The translations under genes and the position numbers were made by a program. Positions 1 through 8,626 of a stretch of 64,000 nt of DNA are shown here, piece by piece (position 1 is the stretch's first letter; every line of letters begins with the position of its first letter). The stretch is taken from contig CAZDGM010000006.1 in the NCBI GenBank assembly GCA_964505185.1, positions 10,944 to 74,943 of the forward strand, written 5' to 3'. This DNA comes from an uncultured Thermodesulfobacteriota bacterium. Its GTDB lineage: Bacteria; Desulfobacterota; JBBIRW01. Below the pieces are notes generated by a model. It saw only the letters and a program-made list of their open reading frames with translations. It had not been told where the DNA came from and made no database searches.

Positions 1-1
1 A

Positions 2-916
2 AATGGAGATCAAGCAGGTATTGCCCATATTGAAGGAGAAAGAAATCCTGTTCAAATAAAACTGAGGTTCCCTGTAAGTGAACGTTCATCAATTAATGAT
101 CTCTATCAGATTCCGATTAAGAATAGAGAGAATAGGTTAATACCGCTTGCCGAACTCGTTAAACTGAGAGAGGGCGTAATTGAAAAGACCATATACCATA
201 AGAATTTAAAAAGGGTTGTTTATGTATTTGGAGAAACGGCGGGATCGAGCCCTGTTTATTCTATTATAAAGATGTGGAAATATTTCAGTTCGAATAAGCT
301 TCCTGAAGGGTATAATATAGTGTGGAGAGGAGAGGGGGAATGGAAGATAACTGTTGATGTATTCAGGGATATGGGGCTTGCTTACATATTTGCACTTGCG
401 GGGATATATATTATTCTTGTCGCCCAGACAGGGAGTTTTCTTACTCCACTTCTTATAATGATATCGATTCCACTCACAATGATCGGAATCCTTCCAGGAT
501 TCTCCATACTCAATCTGATCTCTGGGGGAAAGATAGGGCAGTTTGAGAATCCTATATTTTTTACTGCAACAGCTATGATCGGTGTCCTTGCCCTTGCAGG
601 AATAGTTGTTAGAAATTCTGTAATACTTATTGATTTTATTCAGCTTATCAGTGAAAGGGAAAAAGGTAAGATATCACTTATGGATGCAATTATAGAAGCT
701 GGATCCATCAGAATAAGGCCAATATTTTTAACAGCAGCATCAGCTGCACTGGGCTCATGGGTTATAACGCTGGATCCAATATTTTCAGGACTTGCTTGGT
801 CTCTCATATTTGGGGTCTTTGCATCCACAATATTTACAATAGCTGTTGTCCCTGTTGTTTACTATCTTATCTATGGTAAAATTGATTCGGAAGCACATTC
901 AGGAGGTAAATCATGA
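2..916 (+). CDS. RND efflux permease, AcrB/CusA family (C-terminal part, 5' truncated by window edge)
   Basis: The frame is open from position 2 (NGDQAGIAHIEG...LIPLAELVKL...IYHKNLKRVVYV) into the listed ORF 272-916. It has typical RND C-terminal helices and motifs (IPLTMIG, GIVVRNSVILIDF, RIRPIFLT). Confidence 0.92.
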   Translation, partial: NGDQAGIAHIEGERNPVQIKLRFPVSERSSINDLYQIPIKNRENRLIPLAELVKLREGVIEKTIYHKNLKRVVYVFGETAGSSPVYSIIKMWKYFSSNKLPEGYNIVWRGEGEWKITVDVFRDMGLAYIFALAGIYIILVAQTGSFLTPLLIMISIPLTMIGILPGFSILNLISGGKIGQFENPIFFTATAMIGVLALAGIVVRNSVILIDFIQLISEREKGKISLMDAIIEAGSIRIRPIFLTAASAALGSWVITLDPIFSGLAWSLIFGVFASTIFTIAVVPVVYYLIYGKIDSEAHSGGKS

Positions 917-1107
917 ATATGCGTATGAATGAGGCATTGAGACTTATTGCGGGGTCATTCACAGTTCTCAGTGTGGTTTTGAGCATTATACATTCAAAAT
1001 ACTGGTTGTTATTCACAGTATTTGTTGGAATCAATCAGATTCAGTCAGCTTTTAGCGGATGGTGCCCAATGATGAATATTTTGAAAAAGCTTGGTGTTAA
1101 GGAATAA
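913..1107 (+). CDS. DUF2892 (YgaP-like) small membrane protein
   Basis: 64 aa with two hydrophobic segments, RLIAG and QSAFSGWCP motifs; ATGA overlap with the RND stop codon. Confidence 0.85.
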   Translation: MNMRMNEALRLIAGSFTVLSVVLSIIHSKYWLLFTVFVGINQIQSAFSGWCPMMNILKKLGVKE

Positions 1108-1132
1108 AAACTTTTTCCGAAGGAGGGAAGAT

Positions 1133-1339
1133 ATGGATTGTCCATTCTGTAGGAAGGAAATGGAGGTTCAAGGAACATGAAGTGGATCTTTCTGGCGGTG
1201 CCAGGGATGTGGGAGGATATTTTACACAATGGAGGAATTGAAAACCTGCGATATTAAAAATGAAAAAATGATGAAAATAAGGGTGACGGGAATGAATAAA
1301 GGGGGTTTTTATGGCTGGAAAAATTATAATTATAACTGA
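1133..1339 (+). CDS. Candidate small selenoprotein with CxxC-U-CxxC zinc-ribbon-like motif (68 aa if TGA 1178-1180 is read as Sec)
   Basis: RBS AAGGAGGG upstream of ATG 1133. Translation: MDCPFCRKEMEVQGT-U-SGSFWRCQGCGRIFYTMEELKTCDIKNEKMMKIRVTGMNKGGFYGWKNYNYN*. The two CxxC pairs are split by the TGA, a SECIS-like hairpin follows, and the ORF fills the gap between DUF2892 and the MBL gene. Confidence 0.72.
1186..1208 (+). promoter_or_regulatory. Putative bacterial SECIS element for TGA 1178-1180
   Basis: CTGGC-GGT-GCCAG perfect upper stem starting 11 nt after TGA, a U.G pair, a bulged UU and a lower ATC/GAT stem. The G-first loop resembles E. coli fdhF SECIS geometry. Confidence 0.65.
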
Positions 1340-2144
1340 GAATACACTCCCGGGCAAGATTGGCGGTATTTATGCTGAAAATGGATTTTCAGCATATATT
1401 GAAAAGGATGGTTCTCGATTCATATTCGATCCAGGTCCCGCAGGTATATCTGTAACGAATAATGCACCGAGGTTAGGGGTTAATCTTAAAGGCCTTTCAG
1501 GGATCATTCTCAGTCATGGTCATATAGATCATACGGGAGGGCTACCTGCACTTTTGAGAATTACAGGGAGAATCAAGGTCTATGCACATTCAGAGGTATT
1601 TAAAGATAGATATTCATTCCAGGACAACAGGTATGTCTATGTTGGTATGCCATATAAAAAAGAGGCGCTCGAAGGGATGGGAGCAGATTTTGATTTATCG
1701 GACTCATGGAGGGAAATATCACCGGGCGTATACCTTACGGGAGAGATTCCCCGTATAAACAAGATTGAAAAAGGTGATCCTGATCTACGTGTTAAGATTA
1801 ATGGAGAATTCATTGCGGATGATGTTATCGATGATCAGGCCCTTGTCATTGAATCTGATGGATCACTTGTTGTTGTTATTGGATGCGGTCATGCAGGGAT
1901 TATAAATACCATGGAGTATGTAAGAAAAAAGTTGAACATGAAGATTAAGTTATTAATAGGCGGAACGCATCTGGAATATGCAGGAGAAGATCAGTTTAAT
2001 GAAACTGTATCTTATTTGAGAGAATCAGAGGTTGAAAGGATAGGCCTGTGTCATTGTAGTGGATTGAGGGCGGGATCGATGCTAATCAGTAAACTGCAAG
2101 GCAGGGCGTTTTTCTGCCCTGTTGGATTCGCAATAAACATATAG
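1311..2144 (+). CDS. MBL-fold metallo-hydrolase (MJ0448-like / pterin-associated subfamily)
   Basis: ENGFSAYI, FIFDPG, LSHGHIDHTGG (HxHxDH), DDQALV, GCGHAG, GGTHL and CHCSG motifs. Confidence 0.88.
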   Translation: MAGKIIIITENTLPGKIGGIYAENGFSAYIEKDGSRFIFDPGPAGISVTNNAPRLGVNLKGLSGIILSHGHIDHTGGLPALLRITGRIKVYAHSEVFKDRYSFQDNRYVYVGMPYKKEALEGMGADFDLSDSWREISPGVYLTGEIPRINKIEKGDPDLRVKINGEFIADDVIDDQALVIESDGSLVVVIGCGHAGIINTMEYVRKKLNMKIKLLIGGTHLEYAGEDQFNETVSYLRESEVERIGLCHCSGLRAGSMLISKLQGRAFFCPVGFAINI

Positions 2145-2152
2145 GGGTGAGA

Positions 2153-2326
2153 ATGAAAATCCTTCTTAGCTTATTAATAATAATTCTGTGGATCTTTATT
2201 TCCTTTGTTATTCTTCCAAGGTTTGGAATAAGAACTTGAGGTATACATAATATAAGGTGCAGGAGTGGCACCGAAGAGAAAGGGAAAGAAGAGGGTGGGG
2301 ATGTAATTTCAGACAGAAGGGGGTAA
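2153..2326 (+). CDS. Candidate small membrane-anchored selenoprotein (57 aa if TGA 2237-2239 is read as Sec)
   Basis: RBS GGGGTGA upstream of ATG 2153. Translation: MKILLSLLIIILWIFISFVILPRFGIRT-U-GIHNIRCRSGTEEKGKEEGGDVISDRRG*. A hairpin follows the TGA, and the read-through stop lies 3 nt before the next ATG (2330). Confidence 0.62.
2256..2272 (+). promoter_or_regulatory. Putative bacterial SECIS element for TGA 2237-2239
   Basis: GGTGC-A-GGAG-T-G-GCACC: 5-bp GC-rich stem plus an A-U pair with one bulged G, GGAG apical loop about 22 nt after the TGA, in otherwise A-rich sequence. Confidence 0.55.
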
Positions 2327-2329
2327 CCA

Positions 2330-2680
2330 ATGAAGATAACGATTATTATCCAGGATGCACCATACGGATCTGAGAAGATGTGGAATGCCCTCAGACTCAC
2401 GCAGGCATTGATCAGGGACGGGGCACAGATAAATATCTTTCTTCTCGGTGATGCTGTTGTTGCATCCAAAAAGGGGCAGGAAACACCAACAGGATTTTAT
2501 AACATACAGCAGATGCTTTCTGAGATTCGCTCGAAGGGTGCAGTGATAAAGGCATGTATGACATGTTGTAAAGCAAGGGGTATAGGGGAAAAGGATTTGA
2601 TAGATGGAATTGAGATAGGAAAAACAGTAATTGATCTCTCCCGCTGGGTGATGGAGAGCGACAGAGTGCTTACCTTCTGA
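2330..2680 (+). CDS. DsrE/DsrF-like (YchN family) sulfur-relay protein
   Basis: IIIQDAPYGSEKMWNALRL, IFLLGDAV, ACMTCCKARG and SDRVLTF pattern. Confidence 0.88.
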   Translation: MKITIIIQDAPYGSEKMWNALRLTQALIRDGAQINIFLLGDAVVASKKGQETPTGFYNIQQMLSEIRSKGAVIKACMTCCKARGIGEKDLIDGIEIGKTVIDLSRWVMESDRVLTF

Positions 2681-2714
2681 GATAAAGATCGAACCTTATA
2701 TGGGTTTATAAAGG

Positions 2715-3449
2715 ATGCAGCTTAAATATGAAAGCAGGAAGCCACTTTCAGAAATAAGTATTAATGCATCCATATCATGGATCTTAAAGGTCTCAATGCT
2801 CCTTCTCATCCCTTATGCTATCTATTATGGAAAATATATCGAGGCTGGAAGTATTACAGTTTCAATAGTTGTTTCACTTCTGCCAAGCATACTTGCAAGA
2901 AGTTATCAGATTACGCTTCCATGGGAGATCGATCTTCTTATTACTGTTGCCCTTTACCTTCATGTTGGCCTTGGGAGCACTTTTGAGTTCTATGAAAAAT
3001 ACAGATTCTATGACAAATTTCTCCACTTTGTTAATACTGCAATAATATGCATTCTTGCCTTTATACTGGTTTTTTCGCTTCATTTTACTGGAAGGGTTAA
3101 CCTCAATTATTTCTATATGAGCTTCTTTATATTTATATTCGCGCTTGCTATGGGTTCACTCTGGGAGATAGGGGAATTCTTTTTTGACAAAATATTTGGT
3201 ACAAAAACCCAGGACAGTCTCGAGGATACCATGTGGGACCTTATCCTTGATGGCTTCGGAGGGATCTTTATTGGCATGCTGGGATATTTCTATGCAAAGT
3301 ATTCAAAACCTCAGCATAAAAGGAAGGTCGCTGCCCCTGTGAGGGAATTGATAAAGAAGGGGTGGTTCAGGAAGGAACGGGCAGAGGAATCCCTGATGAA
3401 GTGGATTAAGAGGAGAAAGAGTGCCTTAAAGAGAATAAGGAAAATTTAA
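2715..3449 (+). CDS. Integral membrane protein, DUF2238/YjdF-like
   Basis: Multiple TM helices with YLHVGLG, FYDKFLHF, LWEIGEF and DTMWDL motifs; basic C-terminal tail. Confidence 0.6.
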   Translation: MQLKYESRKPLSEISINASISWILKVSMLLLIPYAIYYGKYIEAGSITVSIVVSLLPSILARSYQITLPWEIDLLITVALYLHVGLGSTFEFYEKYRFYDKFLHFVNTAIICILAFILVFSLHFTGRVNLNYFYMSFFIFIFALAMGSLWEIGEFFFDKIFGTKTQDSLEDTMWDLILDGFGGIFIGMLGYFYAKYSKPQHKRKVAAPVRELIKKGWFRKERAEESLMKWIKRRKSALKRIRKI

Positions 3450-3494
3450 CATAATATATATTATCAGACTTTTTTAAAAAGAGCTCACGGTTTA

Positions 3495-4112
3495 ATGAAA
3501 AATAAAAAGATTTTATCAGAATTGAAAATTCCTATAATCCTGTTTATTATCCTTACCCTTTTGCAATTTTTTAAATTCGCAATTGCTATTGATAAATATG
3601 TTGAAGGAATCATATATCCACTTTTTAGTGGTAAGCTGGTTTTTATCTTTTCCATCCTGTCATTTACAGCGAAACTGAAGGTAGCCTCGATAATTACAGT
3701 TATTCTCATATTGATACTCTTTTATAAGGGTAACCATCGTGGATGGGTTGCAATTGGATTATTATTCTTTTTTTCAATAATATTTGAGGTAATATTAAAG
3801 GAAATCGTAATAAAACCCCGTCCTGATCTGTCACTATACAGATCAACTCTTGAACCTATGACAAAATCCTATTCATACCCCAGTGGCCATTGTATAAGGG
3901 CTGTATTAATTTATGGAGCCCTATATGAGATTATAAAGAGATATTTTTATGAGGGGATATCAAAGTTTTTCTATTCTTACCTTTTTACCACATTCATAAT
4001 TCTTATATGCCTAAGCAGGGTTGTTATAGGGGCACATTGGTTTACTGATTTATTAGGGGGTGCATTGGCCGGATGGATATTTTTTGTAATATTTCGAAAT
4101 AATTATCTGTAA
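3495..4112 (+). CDS. PAP2-family phosphatase
   Basis: KxxxxxPRP, SYPSGH and SRVVIGAHW catalytic motifs. Confidence 0.92.
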   Translation: MKNKKILSELKIPIILFIILTLLQFFKFAIAIDKYVEGIIYPLFSGKLVFIFSILSFTAKLKVASIITVILILILFYKGNHRGWVAIGLLFFFSIIFEVILKEIVIKPRPDLSLYRSTLEPMTKSYSYPSGHCIRAVLIYGALYEIIKRYFYEGISKFFYSYLFTTFIILICLSRVVIGAHWFTDLLGGALAGWIFFVIFRNNYL

Positions 4113-4193
4113 AATATAAATTAAAAGCTTAATTTTTGCCAAAAAAGTTAATATTAAATATTAGATTTAGGAAATAAATATTGGATTTTAAAT

Positions 4194-4874
4194 ATGAAAA
4201 AAGCTGTCTGCTTATTAAGTGGGGGTCTTGACAGTTCAGTTTGTTCATATAAGGCAAAAAGTGATGGAAACAGGGTCTATTGTATCACCTTTGATTACAA
4301 TCAGAGACACAGGAAGGAAATAAGGGCTGCAAGGAGAATCGCAGAGATCCTGGGTGCTGAAAAGCATTTAATAATAAAGATCAACCTTTCGAGTATCGGT
4401 GGTAGTGCACTTACTGACAGATCCATTGAGGTCCCTGATGCATTCAGTTACAACAGAGAGGAGATTCCGATTACCTATGTTCCTATGAGAAATACAATAT
4501 TCCTATCAATTGCTGCATCATGGGCAGAAGTGATCGGAGCTAATAGTATATATATTGGTGCAAATGCGGTGGATTTTTCCGGATATCCTGACTGTAGGCC
4601 TGAATTTTATCAAGTAATGGCAGAATGTTTCAGAGTCGGTTCAAAAAGAGGGGTTTCAGGGGATGCTATTGAAATAAAAACCCCTTTAATAAATATGAGC
4701 AAGAAGGAGATCGTAATCCTTGGCATGGAGCTCAATGTGCCTTTTCACCTCACCTGGAGCTGTTACAGAGGTGGTAGATTCCATTGCGGTAGATGTGATA
4801 GTTGTTTATTAAGATTGAAAGGTTTTAAAGAAGCTGGCATCAAAGACCCTGTGAAATATGAGGGGGCTCGGTGA
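4194..4874 (+). CDS. queC: 7-cyano-7-deazaguanine synthase
   Basis: SGGLDS, YNQRH, TYVPMRN, YPDCRPEF, TWSCY and CGRCDSC motifs. Confidence 0.96.
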   Translation: MKKAVCLLSGGLDSSVCSYKAKSDGNRVYCITFDYNQRHRKEIRAARRIAEILGAEKHLIIKINLSSIGGSALTDRSIEVPDAFSYNREEIPITYVPMRNTIFLSIAASWAEVIGANSIYIGANAVDFSGYPDCRPEFYQVMAECFRVGSKRGVSGDAIEIKTPLINMSKKEIVILGMELNVPFHLTWSCYRGGRFHCGRCDSCLLRLKGFKEAGIKDPVKYEGAR

Positions 4875-5742
4875 TTATCTCTGCCCTTTTCAGGATCTCG
4901 GGTATGCAGTCCTCTCTTCCAAGCATCATTAGGTGGACTCCATCGCAAAGCCCCTTTAATGCCCTTATCTGATCAATGATTATATCTTTTGCCTCCTCAA
5001 GAGGATTATCAACATGGGTGATTCTGTTAAAAATAGATTCGGGTATTTTAACACCTGGAAGTTTTTCTTTAAGAAAAACTGCTGTCCTGGATGATTTAAT
5101 AAATATGAGTCCGCCTATTATTCTTGCATCGCATGGCTTTATCCTGTTCATAAATCGTGAAAACTTCTCAATATCGAATATTGCTTGTGTCTGAAAGAAA
5201 TCCACTCCCGCATTTAATTTTTTTTCAAATTTTTTAAGCTCTATATCAATATCCTCTGCATCCGGGGATAGTGCTGCACCGATAAAAAAATTTTTATTAT
5301 CAGTGAGTTGAAACTCAATATTAATAGAATCCCTTATATTTTTGATCGCCTCATGGACAGCAAAATCATAAACCTCTTTTGCATCTATATGATCGCCATA
5401 TATCATCCTGTCGCCACCAAGAACAAGTGTATTTCTAATACCAAAGGTATAAGCAGTAAGGCTATCCTCTATGATAGCCTTACTATTTCTGTCCCTGCAT
5501 GTAATCTGAAAAATAGGGTCAAGACCTACCCTCTTCAGGATTATACATGCGGAAAGCGAACTCAATGCCATGATCGCCCTCTGATTGTCTGGCACATTGA
5601 CCCCGTCAACCCATCCCTTAAGGATCTCTGCCTTTTTAAGGATTTCAGAAACATCCGTTCCCTTTGGAGGGACGATCTCCGCTGTTATAATAAACCTATT
5701 TTCGGTGATTGCATCTTTCAATGTCATTTCTACATCGATCAA
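4840..5742 (-). CDS. metF: Methylenetetrahydrofolate reductase family protein
   Basis: [40 protein letters not shown] and GVHLM motifs. Confidence 0.88.
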   Translation of the reverse strand: MIDVEMTLKDAITENRFIITAEIVPPKGTDVSEILKKAEILKGWVDGVNVPDNQRAIMALSSLSACIILKRVGLDPIFQITCRDRNSKAIIEDSLTAYTFGIRNTLVLGGDRMIYGDHIDAKEVYDFAVHEAIKNIRDSINIEFQLTDNKNFFIGAALSPDAEDIDIELKKFEKKLNAGVDFFQTQAIFDIEKFSRFMNRIKPCDARIIGGLIFIKSSRTAVFLKEKLPGVKIPESIFNRITHVDNPLEEAKDIIIDQIRALKGLCDGVHLMMLGREDCIPEILKRAEIITEPPHISQGL

Positions 5743-6239
5743 GAACTCATTGGGTCTTGTTTTTTAAAAACGGATTCCGATTCTATTTTCTCCTGTAATT
5801 TTATCAATCCATAAAGTAACGCCTCTGGTCTGGGTGGACAACCAGGAACATAAACATCAACAGGAATTATCAGATCCACACCCTTTAAAACAGAATACGC
5901 ATATTTATGATATGGTCCTCCATTTATAGCACAGCTACCCATAGCGATGACATACTTGGGATCAGCCATCTGATCATATAATCTTTTCACTAATTCTGCC
6001 ATTTTATGTGTTACAGTTCCCGCAACAATCATAACATCAGCCTGTCTGGGTGTTGCCCTGAATACACCTGCCCCAAACCTATCAATATCAAATCTTGATG
6101 CGGTCGTTGCCATCATTTCTATTGCACAGCATGCAAGTCCAAATGTAAGTGGCCAGGGAGAGGATCTTTTTGCCCATTTTATCAGTTTTTCGAGCGGACC
6201 AATAAGAATATTGGTTTCTCCAAAATCTATTATTTTCAT
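5739..6239 (-). CDS. nuoB: NADH-quinone oxidoreductase subunit B (stand-alone); start reassigned to M20 of the listed ORF
   Basis: [34 protein letters not shown] and [12 protein letters not shown] motifs; AGAGGGGA upstream of ATG 6239. Confidence 0.92.
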   Translation of the reverse strand: MKIIDFGETNILIGPLEKLIKWAKRSSPWPLTFGLACCAIEMMATTASRFDIDRFGAGVFRATPRQADVMIVAGTVTHKMAELVKRLYDQMADPKYVIAMGSCAINGGPYHKYAYSVLKGVDLIIPVDVYVPGCPPRPEALLYGLIKLQEKIESESVFKKQDPMSS

Positions 6240-6289
6240 TATATCATCCCCTCTAAAATCTATTTTAATTTTTGATGATCCAAGATCGA

Positions 6290-6757
6290 TTACCATTTAT
6301 GAAAAGCCCTTTTGATTCCATCTCTTATAAGGGAAATATGCTCCAGTTCTTCAACAGAAATTTGATAAAGAAAGGTTTTACCATCAGGATCCTTTATTTC
6401 CCTCGCAAAATATGAATAAAAAAGATAGGATTTTCTTTCCATTTTTAAAGCCATCTTCAATGCCTGCAAAAATGCAATATTTCCTTTTGCACCCATGATA
6501 TGTTCCATCGAAAGTCTCTTTTCGAGCTTTTTCAAATCTATAAGGTCCTGAAGGAGCCTTTCAATACATGAAGGCATGAATTCAGATCTCGAAAGCAGGC
6601 GTGCAAGATGTTCTTTCTCATTTCTTGCAAGGCGAAGGAAAATTGATTTCTCCTGGGAATCAGGGAGTATACTGAAAAGGGATGCATAGAGATCATATGA
6701 ATCAATCTCACTTCGCAGCCCAAGAGTAAAGAATTTTTCTATAGATTCTTGAAGCAT
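6290..6757 (-). CDS. Rubrerythrin/ferritin-like di-iron domain protein
   Basis: Duplicated E...Y...ExxH pattern ([10 protein letters not shown]...NEKEH; [10 protein letters not shown]...EELEH). Confidence 0.78.
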   Translation of the reverse strand: MLQESIEKFFTLGLRSEIDSYDLYASLFSILPDSQEKSIFLRLARNEKEHLARLLSRSEFMPSCIERLLQDLIDLKKLEKRLSMEHIMGAKGNIAFLQALKMALKMERKSYLFYSYFAREIKDPDGKTFLYQISVEELEHISLIRDGIKRAFHKW

Positions 6758-6780
6758 GATAGATCTCAGTCATATGTAGA

Positions 6781-6796
6781 CGCAATATACATGCCA
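6781..6796 (-). promoter_or_regulatory. sigma54 (-24/-12) promoter upstream of the rubrerythrin-like gene
   Basis: Minus strand TGGCATGTATATTGCG = GG-N10-GC, 24 bp upstream of the ATG at 6757, in an intergenic gap. Confidence 0.7.
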
Positions 6797-6887
6797 TTTA
6801 ATCCTTAAATTTTCTAGTGAAAAATGCGTATTTTTTATATATATGCTGTTTCAAAAATGGAAGTTCTTTCAAAAGGAAACGGGCATA

Positions 6888-7355
6888 TCAGCTCAAGGTC
6901 TGGTAAAAATACTCAAGTTTAGCCAGGTTTAATATATCCTCCTCATTATACCGCAGCAATAGAAAGAGTGATTTCAGATCGTTGAACTTTTTATAGTTTT
7001 CCCACAACCTCATGGCATCAAAACCTGATAATCCCTCAGTTGTTCTTCTTATACCGAAGATCTTCTCAAGCTTTTTCAACCCTCCCCCGAGCCTCTTCTT
7101 TTTACATTCCACATGAAGGTCAACGATGGGGAAAAGGCTTTTTAAATCGATCCCCAGACTTTGCCTGATTAATGGGATATCAAATCGCAGCCCGTTGAAT
7201 GTATATATTATTTCAACACCATCAAGGTACTCAAGGAGTCTATCCGCAGTAATGGCAGGCTTGATCAGTTGAAATACCCCCTTCCCTTCTATAAATATAC
7301 CGATAACGGTAATTTCGTTATCATAGGATGTTTCGATATCAAGGTAGGCTTTCAA
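6888..7355 (-). CDS. RNase H-like domain protein (YprB/RNase_H_2 family); likely TTG start at 7355 overlapping the nuoF stop
   Basis: YLDIET, TFNGLRFDIP, LKKLEK and YNEEDI DEDD-type motifs. Confidence 0.85.
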   Translation of the reverse strand: MKAYLDIETSYDNEITVIGIFIEGKGVFQLIKPAITADRLLEYLDGVEIIYTFNGLRFDIPLIRQSLGIDLKSLFPIVDLHVECKKKRLGGGLKKLEKIFGIRRTTEGLSGFDAMRLWENYKKFNDLKSLFLLLRYNEEDILNLAKLEYFYQTLS

Positions 7356-8620
7356 TGCGGACAATAGCAACCCTTTCTTCTTATATGCTCCTCAAACTCA
7401 ACTCCAAATTTTGAGATGAAACTCCTGACAGGAAAGACTGCTGCGTCAGCAAGGGGACATATCGTTTTTCCGATCATATTATCAGAGATATCTAAAAGAG
7501 CCTGAAGGTCTTCCTCTCTACCCTTCCCTTCTCCAATCCTTTTGATAATTTTATGAATCCATCCAGTTCCCTCACGACATGGAGTACACTGGCCACATGA
7601 TTCATGTGCATAGAATCGTGATATTATAAGGAGCAACTTTACCATACATGTTTTTTGATCAATAACAATTGCACATCCAGTTCCAAGCATCGAACCAGCT
7701 TTTGCCATGGAGTCAAAGTCCATCTTGACATCGATTTCATCAGCTTTAAGAACAGGGGTTGAGGAGCCACCGGGGATAACCGCTTTCAATTGACTTCCAT
7801 CCCTTAGTCCCATTCCATATTTATAGATAAGCTCACGGAGATTTATTCCCATGGGAAGCTCATAAATGCCGGGCCTCTTTATATGTCCGCTAAGACCATA
7901 AAGCTTTGTTCCGCCATTCTTTTCACAACCGAGCGATGCGAACCACTCTCCTCCATGATTTATAATTGATGGAATACATGCAATCGTTTCCACATTATTT
8001 ACCACAGTTGGACAGTCATAAAGTCCCCTTGTTGCAGGAAATGGTGGCTTCAACCTTGGATATCCCCTTTTGCCCTCCAGGGATTCAATTAAGGCTGTCT
8101 CTTCACCGCAGATGTATGCGCCGGCACCTCTGTGTATGATTATATCAAGGTTAAATCCAGAACCCATAATATCTTTCCCGAGGAAGCCGTATCTGTAGGC
8201 CTCACCCACAGCACTTTCCAGTTTGCTGATGGCCTCAATAAACTCACCCCTTACGTAGATAAATGAAAGATTTGCACCGATTGCATAGCTTGCTATTATA
8301 ATTCCTTCTATCAATAGATGAGGGTCCTTTTCCATCAAATATCTATCTTTAAATGCACCAGGCTCACCTTCGTCACCATTCACACAGAGATATTTCTTCA
8401 CCCCCTTTCCTTTTGGTATGAATCCCCATTTAACACCTGTTGGAAATCCTGCACCTCCCCTACCCCTTAGATTTGATTTTTTTACCTCGTCAATAACATC
8501 CTGAGGGGACGTTTCGAGAAGCGCCTTTCTGGCTGCATGGTAACCTCCGGTCTGTAGATAAACATCAATCCTGTTGGCACCATTAATATTAAATCTTTTT
8601 GTGAGTATCAGTTCTTCCAT
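7352..8620 (-). CDS. nuoF: NADH-quinone oxidoreductase subunit F (FMN/Fe-S)
   Basis: LRGRGGAGFPTG, NGDEGEPG, GAYICGEETAL, ESCGQCTPCREG and TICPLAD motifs. Confidence 0.95.
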   Translation of the reverse strand: MEELILTKRFNINGANRIDVYLQTGGYHAARKALLETSPQDVIDEVKKSNLRGRGGAGFPTGVKWGFIPKGKGVKKYLCVNGDEGEPGAFKDRYLMEKDPHLLIEGIIIASYAIGANLSFIYVRGEFIEAISKLESAVGEAYRYGFLGKDIMGSGFNLDIIIHRGAGAYICGEETALIESLEGKRGYPRLKPPFPATRGLYDCPTVVNNVETIACIPSIINHGGEWFASLGCEKNGGTKLYGLSGHIKRPGIYELPMGINLRELIYKYGMGLRDGSQLKAVIPGGSSTPVLKADEIDVKMDFDSMAKAGSMLGTGCAIVIDQKTCMVKLLLIISRFYAHESCGQCTPCREGTGWIHKIIKRIGEGKGREEDLQALLDISDNMIGKTICPLADAAVFPVRSFISKFGVEFEEHIRRKGCYCPH

Positions 8621-8626
8621 CTGGCC

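Noticed and set aside
1177-1257. Overlapping short ORF MKWIFLAVPGMWEDILHNGGIENLRY
   Set aside because: Only 26 aa, with a weaker RBS and no motif; it overlaps the better-supported CxxC-U-CxxC frame.
1133-2326. Alternative explanation for the in-frame TGAs: genome-wide UGA recoding (code 4 or 25)
   Set aside because: Well-conserved genes end in TGA exactly at their expected C-termini (RND at 916, DsrE-like at 2680, queC at 4874, nuoF at 7352), and no long gene in the window is interrupted by TGA.
4113-4193. Possible preQ1 riboswitch upstream of queC
   Set aside because: The region is almost pure A/T, with no recognisable preQ1 stem or pseudoknot.
5308-5814. Listed 168-aa + strand ORF and the many other 60-170 aa antisense or alternate-frame ORFs across 5-64 kb
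   Set aside because: They lie wholly within confidently identified genes, and have no motifs or RBS support.
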